From positions 1-24,642 of the IMG/VR virus record IMGVR_UViG_3300027533_000087: DNA of 24,642 nt; one strand, 5' to 3'. This document shows, piece after piece, positions 1-7,588 of the stretch. Numbering within the stretch: position 1 is the first letter of the stretch; every line of letters starts with the position of its first letter. Both the position numbers and the translations under genes were made by a program. The notes beneath the pieces are model-generated. The model was not told the DNA's origin and searched no databases. It worked only from the letters and a program-made list of their open reading frames with translations. This DNA comes from a virus. Lineage: Duplodnaviria > Caudoviricetes.

Positions 1-47
1 GGACGCCATCGGTCTGTAATACGGGGCTGGTAGTGCGTCCCCGCTAT

Positions 48-83
48 GGAACAGGCTGATTACCCCATTGGTCAGTCTGTTCC
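48..83 (+). other. Long stem-loop upstream of first ORF
   Basis: GGAACAGGCTGATT (48-61) pairs with GGTCAGTCTGTTCC (70-83), 14 bp including G-U pairs; no U-tract follows. Confidence 0.6.
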
Positions 84-98
84 GCTTGGAGCCCGTTC

Positions 99-326
99 AT
101 GCAATCAATCAACTGGTTAGAGTTCTGGTACAGCGCTTTAGGAAGTCCTTTCGGAATAGCCTTGGCTGTCACCGAACAGGAGCCTTGCCGACAGGCACTG
201 TACAGGGCACGAACCCAGGCTGCTGACCCTGCACTGGACGGGCTTCAGGTACGCCTTCGCCCTGATGGGGACTTGTGGATTGTGAAAGGAGCTGCCAATG
301 CCTCGCAGAGAAAGCGAAGCGCTTGA
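99..326 (+). CDS. Hypothetical phage protein (75 aa)
   Basis: ATG preceded by GGAG (88-91); first of a chain of overlapping co-oriented small ORFs. Confidence 0.75.
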   Translation: MQSINWLEFWYSALGSPFGIALAVTEQEPCRQALYRARTQAADPALDGLQVRLRPDGDLWIVKGAANASQRKRSA

Positions 327-558
327 GCGGCACGATATAGTGCTGTATAAGGGTGACTGGGAGGACTTGAGAGTCCTGCTGGCATCTACTCGCGTGACAC
401 CCACTGCCTTCATCCGTGCGCTGGTGCGGCGTACGATTCGCAGAATTGAGGCAACCAAGGCTGGTATGGAACGGCCTGTCGAGGAGGACATCGATGACAG
501 ACTCGTCAACAACATCGAGCACGGAGACACCATCGCCGCTGATGGAGGTCCAATCTGA
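298..558 (+). CDS. Hypothetical protein, possibly small DNA-binding (ribbon-helix-helix-like) protein (86 aa)
   Basis: AAAGGAG RBS upstream; strand-helix-helix pattern (RHDIVLYKGDWEDLRVLL...TAFIRALVRRTIRRIE); fold call is tentative. Confidence 0.7.
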   Translation: MPRRESEALERHDIVLYKGDWEDLRVLLASTRVTPTAFIRALVRRTIRRIEATKAGMERPVEEDIDDRLVNNIEHGDTIAADGGPI

Positions 559-742
559 CTCTCTAGAACTGATCTGGAGCCGCGATCCCAATCTTCTTAA
601 CGTGGAAGATGTGAAGAAGATAGTTGCAAAGCTCCAGGCCGATCGCCAACGATTCCTGCTCGAACCTGAGAAGGTAAAGAAGCAGCGCGGTAAGAGCACT
701 GACAGCACCGGGATCAAGTCGATAGAGGACTTGGGATTATGA
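494..742 (+). CDS. Hypothetical phage protein (82 aa; start reassigned from 416 to ATG 494)
   Basis: GAGGAGG at 481-487 precedes in-frame ATG 494; stop overlaps next start (ATGA 739-742). Confidence 0.75.
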   Translation: MTDSSTTSSTETPSPLMEVQSDSLELIWSRDPNLLNVEDVKKIVAKLQADRQRFLLEPEKVKKQRGKSTDSTGIKSIEDLGL

Positions 743-978
743 GCCGCCGCTATCGCAACTTCTGTGGTCAGGAGATTCCGACTGCTAAAGACTGGCAGTT
801 GTACACCTGCGGCCACTGTCCCAACCTTCATGTGGTACTGTTCGACGACGCAGGTGAAGCCTTTGCAGAGATGGTCCTCGGCAAGGATAGCTTGGACCAG
901 CTTTTCAAGGAGGGGACTAATTTCCTCGCCAAGATCCGCTTGGAAAATATTAAGCGCCAGAACGAGGACAGGCCATGA
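739..978 (+). CDS. Hypothetical protein with CxxCxxxH putative metal-binding motif (79 aa)
   Basis: ATGA coupling at both ends; GAGG RBS; motif CGHCPNLH. Confidence 0.7.
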   Translation: MSRRYRNFCGQEIPTAKDWQLYTCGHCPNLHVVLFDDAGEAFAEMVLGKDSLDQLFKEGTNFLAKIRLENIKRQNEDRP

Positions 979-1166
979 ATGCACGAAAGAAAGGCGCAGG
1001 CTATACTGAACGTACCGCTCTTATTCAAGAGCATCTTACAAGTTTCTCTCAACGTGTTCTCACGTCGGAACAACCGGAACAGGCTTACTATGACCTCTGT
1101 CAAATTATGCGCCATGCTCGCGTCATGCGTGGCTGGTTAAGCAAAAAGCTGGAGGCAAGTGAATGA
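975..1166 (+). CDS. Hypothetical protein (63 aa)
   Basis: ATGA overlaps with both neighbours; GAGGA RBS. Confidence 0.7.
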   Translation: MNARKKGAGYTERTALIQEHLTSFSQRVLTSEQPEQAYYDLCQIMRHARVMRGWLSKKLEASE

Positions 1167-2119
1167 GCGAACTCACTCCCATCCACAATACAGCTTTCTC
1201 GAATGTGACTCCCATCTTACAGCTCGCATGGGATAACCATTCCATGAACATGCTGAAGGAGTGCCCCAGGAAATATCAACTCGCCATCCTCTATGGTCGC
1301 GTCCCCAAGATCATGTCTGTCCATCTGGTGTTCGGCATCCTCTACCACGAGGGTCTTGAACTGTATGACAGGCTCATGGCGAAAGACTCCACCCATGACG
1401 ATGCTGTCGTTGCTGTTACCTGGCATCTGTTGAAGGCCACATGGGATAAGGAGCTTAACCGCTCGATAGTCCTTGACGATAAGAACAAGAACCGTTACAC
1501 TTTGATCCGTTCTGTAGTGTGGTACTTGGAGCGATTCAAAAAGGACAACCTCAAAACCGTTATCCTTGCCGATGGCAAGCCTGCCGTCGAGATCAGCTTC
1601 AAATTCCAGACCCACTACAAAGCCAGCAACGGCGAACACTTTTCCATCTGCGGTCACATCGACAAGATTGCTGAAATGGACGGCCTTTACTGGGTGGTAG
1701 ATCGTAAGACCTCCAAGAACTCCATCGACGGAGACAATTTCTTCGAGCACTATAGCCCGCACAACCAGATGTCAACGTACGATTTCGCTGGCCAGATCGT
1801 GACCCCTTACAAGACCACCGGCATCATCATCGATGCTGCACAGATCATGGTCAACTTCTCACACTATCGCAGGGGCTTCTCGCAGAGAACTGAAGCCCAG
1901 CGGATTGAGTGGTACGATAACCTGGGCTATTGGTTTGAACAGATCGACAGGTTCGCCACTGACCAGAAGTGGCCGATGAATGAGGCGAGCTGTGGCAATT
2001 ACGGAGGCTGCCCGTTCCGCGGCATCTGTGGTCGGTCCCCAGAGGACCGTGACCATTGGCTACAGGTCAAGTTTGCTCATCGCAACTGGGATCCTCTAGA
2101 AATTCGGGGTGATGTCTGA
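1163..2119 (+). CDS. PD-(D/E)XK nuclease, Cas4/AddB-like exonuclease with probable Fe-S cysteines
   Basis: N-terminal ECPRKY, FGILYH, catalytic VE..GHIDKI..VVDRKT, QMSTY and C-terminal CGNYGGCPFRGIC; GGAGG RBS. Confidence 0.88.
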   Translation: MSELTPIHNTAFSNVTPILQLAWDNHSMNMLKECPRKYQLAILYGRVPKIMSVHLVFGILYHEGLELYDRLMAKDSTHDDAVVAVTWHLLKATWDKELNRSIVLDDKNKNRYTLIRSVVWYLERFKKDNLKTVILADGKPAVEISFKFQTHYKASNGEHFSICGHIDKIAEMDGLYWVVDRKTSKNSIDGDNFFEHYSPHNQMSTYDFAGQIVTPYKTTGIIIDAAQIMVNFSHYRRGFSQRTEAQRIEWYDNLGYWFEQIDRFATDQKWPMNEASCGNYGGCPFRGICGRSPEDRDHWLQVKFAHRNWDPLEIRGDV

Positions 2120-2142
2120 AATCTTAACAAGGAGTAACAACT

Positions 2143-2718
2143 ATGTCTGGACTACAAGAGAGATGTGTAGCGATCTGCCAGGCGATCAACAGCCTTGTGG
2201 ATATGCAGGGCGCGAGCGACCTCGACAAGGCTAACTACTTCCAACAGGTCGCCGAGGCCGACTCACATACCAGTGAGAACGTGGCGAAGTTCTTTGGCTG
2301 GAAGGACATCCTTCCGCCTCCGGGAGTACCGGAACCGACTGAGCCTCCGACCCTCACTTCACTCAATCCCGTCACTGCTGAGGTCGGCGCCGCTGAGTTT
2401 ACTCTGGAGTGTATCGGGACCAACTTCTCCCCGAGCTACAGTCACATCAACTTCAATGGAGGTGACGAAATTACCACCTTCATCGATGCCACCAAGGTCA
2501 CTACCCTCGTGAGGCCTGCCACCGCGTCAGGGGCTGCTGAAGTCCCTGTCAAGGTTCGCACGCTTCTCGGTGAGACTGAGCCGCAGATGTTCTCGTTCAC
2601 CGCTCCTGCGGGTCTGACTCAGGCAATGGGTTATCCTGACCCAGCTGAGGCGAAGCCGATGGAGGAGGTCGGCGGGACCGACAGTCCTGATGAAGTCCGT
2701 CGCTCGCGTCGTCGCTAA
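2143..2718 (+). CDS. IPT/TIG (Ig-like) domain protein
   Basis: Strong RBS AAGGAG; PTLTSLNP...FTLECIGTNF...INFNGG...TTFIDATKVTTLV...VPVKV...FSFT is the IPT/TIG pattern; Pro-rich linker before it. Confidence 0.75.
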   Translation: MSGLQERCVAICQAINSLVDMQGASDLDKANYFQQVAEADSHTSENVAKFFGWKDILPPPGVPEPTEPPTLTSLNPVTAEVGAAEFTLECIGTNFSPSYSHINFNGGDEITTFIDATKVTTLVRPATASGAAEVPVKVRTLLGETEPQMFSFTAPAGLTQAMGYPDPAEAKPMEEVGGTDSPDEVRRSRRR

Positions 2719-2772
2719 AGGGCTTCCACCGCAACGCTAGGCTGCCCCGCTTGGCGGACTTGGACAAAAGGG

Positions 2773-2807
2773 CCGCTGTGGAGACTGAGAGCGGATAACC
2801 ACAGCGG
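2773..2807 (+). promoter_or_regulatory. Perfect 9-bp inverted repeat in the leader of the ATPase gene
   Basis: CCGCTGTGG (2773-2781) / CCACAGCGG (2799-2807) with 17-nt spacer; function unknown. Confidence 0.45.
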
Positions 2808-2829
2808 TATAACTCAAAGGACAAGACCC

Positions 2830-3738
2830 ATGCCGACACTTGATGTACACTCCAGTTCTGTCTGTACGAAGCTTCTGCTCATGGGGGACTCCGGCACAGG
2901 CAAGACCGGGGCATTGGTATCGCTGGTGCTTGCTGGATATAAACTCTATATCCTAGATTTCGATAACGGCGTAGACATTATCAGGAACCTGCTTGTTACA
3001 GCAGGTCGCCCTGACCTCTTGCAGAATGTTGATGTCTACACCCTTACCGATCCCATGATGACCTCCGGCTCTCATCTAGTTCCGAAGGAGGCTACCGCCT
3101 GGACGCGAATGGTTAAGCTCTTAGGCGAGTGGCCAGGTGTCGGCCCAGTGCAGAAGCTCGGGGAGAAGGACATTCTGGTCCTGGACTCGATGAACTTCGC
3201 TGGTCGAGCGGCGATGCGATTCATAGCGAAACTGAATAATCGGCTGGCTGTCCCTCCGCAGATCCAAGACTACTTCGATGCTCAACGCATGATTGAGGGT
3301 CTCTGTGCGCAGCTATACGATGAAGCCGTCCGCTGCAACGTCATCGTCTTGACCCACATGCGAGAGATCTCACAGACCCGTGAACAGACCAATGCCAAAG
3401 GGAATGTGATACAGATGCGAGTGGAGGGCACTGAGAAGATGTATCCTGAAACCGGCGCGGGCAAGGCCATGTCGCCAGTCGTGGGGAGGTTCTTCAACTC
3501 TGTTCTGTTGGCTGACATCGTTGGCAGCGGTTCCGCCACAAGACGCTTGATCAGGACACAGCCACATGGTAATATCGGGCTGAAGAATTCAGCTCCAGGT
3601 TTAGTCAAGTCCGAATATCCGTTGGATACCGGCTTGGCTCAGTATTTCGCCGCAGTCCGTGGCGAGACCCCAGTAGCCGGGGCAAAGGCTACAGACGCGG
3701 GGATGGCAGCCATCGAAGCTGCATTACCTCGTAGATAA
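2830..3738 (+). CDS. P-loop ATPase, AAA_24/Sak4-like recombination (single-strand annealing) protein
   Basis: Walker A GDSGTGKT, ILDFDNG, Walker B ILVLDS, NVIVLTH; position between exonuclease and SSB-like gene. Confidence 0.82.
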   Translation: MPTLDVHSSSVCTKLLLMGDSGTGKTGALVSLVLAGYKLYILDFDNGVDIIRNLLVTAGRPDLLQNVDVYTLTDPMMTSGSHLVPKEATAWTRMVKLLGEWPGVGPVQKLGEKDILVLDSMNFAGRAAMRFIAKLNNRLAVPPQIQDYFDAQRMIEGLCAQLYDEAVRCNVIVLTHMREISQTREQTNAKGNVIQMRVEGTEKMYPETGAGKAMSPVVGRFFNSVLLADIVGSGSATRRLIRTQPHGNIGLKNSAPGLVKSEYPLDTGLAQYFAAVRGETPVAGAKATDAGMAAIEAALPRR

Positions 3739-3749
3739 GGGAGGCCTTC

Positions 3750-4205
3750 ATGGCCGTTGACTTCAAGGCACTTCTCAACACACCCGTCACCGAAGCAGAA
3801 CGCCCGAAACCTCGCCCCGCTGGACCCTACTTTGGAACCATCTCGGCATTCAAGTTCCAGGAATCTGCTCGGCAGAAAACCCCCTTCGTCAGGCTTACGT
3901 TGAAGGGTGTTCAGCCGGGTGCCGGCATCACTGGTGACGCTGCCCTGTTTGAGCGTTTCAACAAGGCGGGCGGCGCCGACAAGTGGAACCCCGGTAAGGA
4001 CTACTACCTTACAGAGGATGCAAAGTATCGACTCCGTGAGCTGATGGAGTCTTGTCAGCTGAAGGTGGAGGGCCGGTCGTTTCTCGAGGTCATTCCTGAA
4101 CTCGTGAACCAGCCGGTTTCGTTCGACGTGACTGAGGAGAGCTATGAAACTCAGTCCGGCGAGACTGGTATCGCCAACCGCATTGGTGATATGCGCGGCG
4201 CCTAA
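3750..4205 (+). CDS. Putative single-stranded DNA-binding protein (DUF669-like OB fold)
   Basis: GGGAGG RBS; PKPRPAGPYFGTI N-terminal motif and beta-rich pattern ending in NRIG; typical position after Sak4-like ATPase. Confidence 0.65.
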   Translation: MAVDFKALLNTPVTEAERPKPRPAGPYFGTISAFKFQESARQKTPFVRLTLKGVQPGAGITGDAALFERFNKAGGADKWNPGKDYYLTEDAKYRLRELMESCQLKVEGRSFLEVIPELVNQPVSFDVTEESYETQSGETGIANRIGDMRGA

Positions 4206-4258
4206 CCCACAGTCGTTAGTGGGTCGTAAGCCTCTGCAGTAACGACAGCAGTAGGGGC
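4205..4258 (+). ncRNA. Candidate structured RNA: two hairpins with complementary loops (kissing loop/pseudoknot)
   Basis: Stem 1 ACCCAC/GTGGGT (4205-4210/4219-4224); stem 2 GCCTCTGC/GTAGGGGC (4230-4237/4251-4258); loop 1 GTCGTTA (4212-4218) is the exact reverse complement of loop 2 TAACGAC (4240-4246). Confidence 0.5.
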
Positions 4259-4260
4259 AC

Positions 4261-4314
4261 GGAGCCGCAGGCAGAATGAACGCCACCACCCCCTGCCTGC
4301 GGTTTCTTTCTTTC
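4261..4314 (+). terminator. Intrinsic terminator-like hairpin between SSB-like gene and ParB-MTase
   Basis: 14-bp stem GGAGCCGCAGGCAG / CTGCCTGCGGTTTC, 18-nt loop, followed by TTTCTTTC. Confidence 0.7.
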
Positions 4315-4333
4315 ACATTGGCTGGGAGGCCAC

Positions 4334-5764
4334 ATGCCAATAACCAACAAGTATAGACGCATACCCCTCGACCAGATCTTCGTCGAGAGGGACGAGCGTC
4401 AGAGAACAGAGATCGATACCACTGACATCGATGACAGCATCAGGAATCGAGGCGTCATCCAACCCATCTTGGTACAATGGGATGAGACGATTAACCTATA
4501 CAGGCTGATCGCCGGGGAGCGGCGTTTCACGTCGTCTAAGAAACTCAATATCCCTGACATCCCATCCAGGCTTGTTCATGAGGTCGATCCGATAGAATTG
4601 CAGATCCTCGAACTCGAAGAGAATGTCAAACGGAAAGACCTTGACTGGAAGGACGAGACTCGGGCAGTCAGGCGTATCCATATTCTGTACTGCGAACTGA
4701 ATACTACCTGGACTCAGGCTCAAACCGCTTCGTCTATCGGCATGAATCAGTCGATCGTGGCGATGATGATCAGGGTTGCTGAGGAGATCCTGGCAGGGAA
4801 CAAGCTCGTCTTGGAAGCCCAGGGCTACCGTCCAGCCTATAACATTATCTCCAGACATGAAGGTATCCAGATCGCTGACGCGATGAATGATCTATTGTCG
4901 GAGGGGCTTGATGTTGTCGCTGGTCACGGATATGCTATCGTCGGCGAGGGCGTGGTCGATTTGGAGGAGGTCAAATCTGCGAAGCCTGGTGGTATTATCA
5001 GGGTTCAGCATCCACAGCCGATACCCAATCCTATCAGTCCTGAGACGATCGTCCAGACTGACTTCGTAAAGTGGGCTGAGCAGTACAGAGGCAAGCCCTT
5101 CAGCTTCATCCACTGTGACTTCCCCTATGGCCTAAACCTTGACAAGAGTGAACAGGCTAACACCAAGACCTGGGGCGGATATGAGGATAGCGAAGCAACG
5201 TACTGGACTCTCTGTCGAGCCTTGTGCGATAATATCGATAGGGTAATGATGCAGTCTGGGCACTTGCTATTCTGGTGTTCGTCCGATTGCAGGATGATGA
5301 ACAAGACCCTTGACTTCTTTCAGTCTGCTGCTCCTTCCCTGGACTTTGTCCCTATCCCTATCATCTGGCACAAGACCGATGGCAAGGGCATCCTCTCTGA
5401 CCATAGGAGACGCGCCCGCCATGTCTACGAAACCGCCCTCATTGCGTCCAGGGGAGATCGACATATACTGCGAAGCGTCGGGGACGCCTATGGTGCTCCG
5501 ACATCTAAAGAGATCCACCAGTCGGAGAAGCCAGAACCCGTCCTGCGTCATTTCTTTGCTATGTTCGTGGACGAGAACACGCGAATGCTGGATCCTACGT
5601 GTGGTTCAGGCTCTTCAATCCGAGCGGCTGAGAGCCTCAGCGCTGCGTACACCTTCGGCCTCGAAATCAACGGGGACACAGTCGCCGCAGCCCGAACAGC
5701 CCTCAGACGCTCAAGGCTTCTACGAGGAGCCGAACGAAAATCCTCTGCTGCGGAGGGAATGTGA
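4334..5764 (+). CDS. ParB/Srx N-terminal domain + HTH fused to N6-adenine/N4-cytosine DNA methyltransferase (beta-class motif order)
   Basis: GVIQPILV and LIAGERRF (ParB signature), ELEENVKRKDL, HTH-like WTQAQTASSIGMNQSIVA; MTase motif IV DFPY, HQSEKP, motif I MLDPTCGSGS, GLEIN; GGAGG RBS. Confidence 0.88.
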   Translation: MPITNKYRRIPLDQIFVERDERQRTEIDTTDIDDSIRNRGVIQPILVQWDETINLYRLIAGERRFTSSKKLNIPDIPSRLVHEVDPIELQILELEENVKRKDLDWKDETRAVRRIHILYCELNTTWTQAQTASSIGMNQSIVAMMIRVAEEILAGNKLVLEAQGYRPAYNIISRHEGIQIADAMNDLLSEGLDVVAGHGYAIVGEGVVDLEEVKSAKPGGIIRVQHPQPIPNPISPETIVQTDFVKWAEQYRGKPFSFIHCDFPYGLNLDKSEQANTKTWGGYEDSEATYWTLCRALCDNIDRVMMQSGHLLFWCSSDCRMMNKTLDFFQSAAPSLDFVPIPIIWHKTDGKGILSDHRRRARHVYETALIASRGDRHILRSVGDAYGAPTSKEIHQSEKPEPVLRHFFAMFVDENTRMLDPTCGSGSSIRAAESLSAAYTFGLEINGDTVAAARTALRRSRLLRGAERKSSAAEGM

Positions 5765-6543
5765 TGACTGACGACACCACTGCGTTGCCCCCCATACCGG
5801 ATGACGACAGCGACTTCACGCCGGACTTGGCGCGAAATATCGTTGAAAAATATCAGGCATTTGTTTCCGAGCTTTTGGCGCGGATAGATCGCATCGAGAA
5901 GGCGGCCGAAAGATTGGTCCCCATCGAAGCTAGCGCTTACAGGGCGTTACCGAGCGATGAGATCGAGCGCCTCCGATCTGAATTGTTCTCGCTCTGCGAG
6001 GACACGGAGGAACGGTGCGCAAGCGTTGCCTCCAAGGACACAGAGGGAAAGCAGGGCGCATTCGCACGCGGGCGTATCTACGAAGCCAAGGGCATCCGCA
6101 ATGCAATGGGCGAAGTGTTCAGGCTCGCCCTCATAGACGTGGGTCAGCCGACGTTAGCGATGGTGGCCGAGATCGAGCGACTACGCGCTAACAGGGCGGG
6201 AGCAATGCCGAGCGAGGTGGAGATCGCTAAGGCCATCTGCAAATCAGCATCGTGTCAGGGGATCGACTGCTGCCAATGGCCATCACAGGGAGGCCGACTT
6301 AAGTGCGCCGTCGATCAGGGCGGGTATAAGGCCGCAGCACAAGCCGTACTCGCCATCCTCTCCCCGCAAGACGGCACCACCAAGCCGACGTTACCGATGG
6401 CGGGTGACGTAGTGCAGCGCCTGCGGAATCAAGAGTGCTCCGACACGCCCAGCCTGCGGCTAGAGGCGGCCGATGAGATCGAGCGGCTGCGCAATGATCT
6501 AGTTGCGCGCACAAACGTAATCAACAAACTGCGGGGCGAGTAG
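5764..6543 (+). CDS. Mosaic hypothetical protein with repeated EIERLR coiled-coil motifs (Ead/Ea22-like style)
   Basis: GGAGGG RBS, ATG overlapping upstream TGA (alternative GTG at 5761); three (D/A)EIERLR motifs; fills gap exactly up to the UDG start. Confidence 0.7.
   Translation: MTDDTTALPPIPDDDSDFTPDLARNIVEKYQAFVSELLARIDRIEKAAERLVPIEASAYRALPSDEIERLRSELFSLCEDTEERCASVASKDTEGKQGAFARGRIYEAKGIRNAMGEVFRLALIDVGQPTLAMVAEIERLRANRAGAMPSEVEIAKAICKSASCQGIDCCQWPSQGGRLKCAVDQGGYKAAAQAVLAILSPQDGTTKPTLPMAGDVVQRLRNQECSDTPSLRLEAADEIERLRNDLVARTNVINKLRGE
6146..6403 (+). repeat. 21-bp imperfect direct repeat inside the mosaic gene
   Basis: AGCCGACGTTAGCGATGGTGG (6146-6166) and AGCCGACGTTACCGATGGCGG (6383-6403), 19/21 identical. 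Confidence 0.7.
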
Positions 6544-7587
6544 GTGACTTTATATAATCCTTGCATCAAGGCCATAGGCCCGAAGAACGCCAAGGTAGTT
6601 TTCATCGGCGAGGCCCCTGGCGAACAGGAGGAGCTTACCGGTGTTCCTTTCATCGGAGCCAGTGGTCAGGAGTTGGACCGTCTATTCGATGAGGTCGGGC
6701 TGGACAGGTCACAGATATACCTCACCAATGTTCTGTTCACACGTCCGCCTAACAACAAGCTGGATTCGTTCTGCATTAAGAAAGAACAGTGTCCTTCTGG
6801 GTACACGCTGCCGCCTATATCCAACGGGAAGTATCTACACCCAGACCTTCTGCCAGAACTGCAGCGCCTTGCGGAGGAGCTTCGTGCTGTCAAGCCAAAC
6901 CTCATCATCGCCGGGGGCGGAGTCCCCGCCTGGGCTACCCTTGGTAATAGCAAGATCTCCGCTGTTCGAGGAACGATCACTGAAAGCCCTTATGGCAAGG
7001 TGCTGCCTACATACCATCCCGCGTACCTTTTCAGGGATTGGTCAGTCAGAACTATTATCAAGGCTGACCTACTCAAGGCTAAGGTTGAAATGGATTACCC
7101 TGAAATTAGACGCCCTGTTCGCGAGGTACTGGTCGACCCGACCTATGATGAAGTGATGGAGTTCCTGAATAAGTGTCTGTCAGCTTCTATGGTGACTGTA
7201 GACGTTGAGACACCTATCGGTACTATCACACATCTGGGCTTTGCGCCGTCAGTTGACCGTGCTATCATAATTCCCTTCTTCTCCAGGAGAACCACTAACG
7301 GTTCCTACTGGTCACAGGAGGACGAAGTACAAATCCGCTTGAAGATCGGGGAGGTCCTTTCTTCTAAGAGGGTTTGTAAGATCACTCAGAACGGCATGTT
7401 CGATATGCAGCACTTACTGAGAGAGGGCTATCGACTGTCCAACATGGGTGAGGATACAATGCTTCTCCAGCATGCGTTGTATCCAGAAATGCCGAAGTCG
7501 CTGGCGTTCCTTGGCTCTATCCACACCAATGAGACGGCGTGGAAAAAGCTGCGTCCACGTAGCAAGGTAATCAAACGAGAGGACTAA
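6544..7587 (+). CDS. Family 4-like uracil-DNA glycosylase fused to N-terminal part (ExoI+ExoII) of a DnaQ-like 3'-5' exonuclease; probable DNA polymerase subunit
   Basis: UDG motifs FIGEAPGEQE, PFIGASG, YLTNV, PTYHPAY; exonuclease motifs VDVETP (ExoI), TQNGMFD (ExoII), DTMLLQH...SLAFL; no ExoIII before the stop. Confidence 0.88.
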   Translation: MTLYNPCIKAIGPKNAKVVFIGEAPGEQEELTGVPFIGASGQELDRLFDEVGLDRSQIYLTNVLFTRPPNNKLDSFCIKKEQCPSGYTLPPISNGKYLHPDLLPELQRLAEELRAVKPNLIIAGGGVPAWATLGNSKISAVRGTITESPYGKVLPTYHPAYLFRDWSVRTIIKADLLKAKVEMDYPEIRRPVREVLVDPTYDEVMEFLNKCLSASMVTVDVETPIGTITHLGFAPSVDRAIIIPFFSRRTTNGSYWSQEDEVQIRLKIGEVLSSKRVCKITQNGMFDMQHLLREGYRLSNMGEDTMLLQHALYPEMPKSLAFLGSIHTNETAWKKLRPRSKVIKRED

Positions 7588-7588
7588 G

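Noticed and set aside
169-984. 271-aa minus-strand ORF, and other antisense ORFs such as 3639-4340 and 19480-20013
   Set aside because: They shadow well-supported, RBS-bearing, translationally coupled genes on the opposite strand and show no recognisable motifs
1163-2119. CRISPR-associated cas4 or CRISPR locus
   Set aside because: No repeat-spacer array or other cas genes seen; solo Cas4-like nucleases are common in phage recombination modules
2781-2800. TPP riboswitch or hammerhead core suggested by CTGAGA and GGATAA
   Set aside because: Remaining conserved elements and helices are absent
4203-4229. Stop-codon read-through of the SSB-like gene stimulated by the downstream structure
   Set aside because: Another in-frame TAA follows after seven codons
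4198-4260. Twister or pistol ribozyme (UAA after a short GC run; GGUCGUAAGCC resembles the twister P4 loop)
   Set aside because: Could not build twister P2 or place the catalytic GA before the pseudoknot strand, and pistol P3 and its conserved linker are missing; kept only as an unclassified structured RNA
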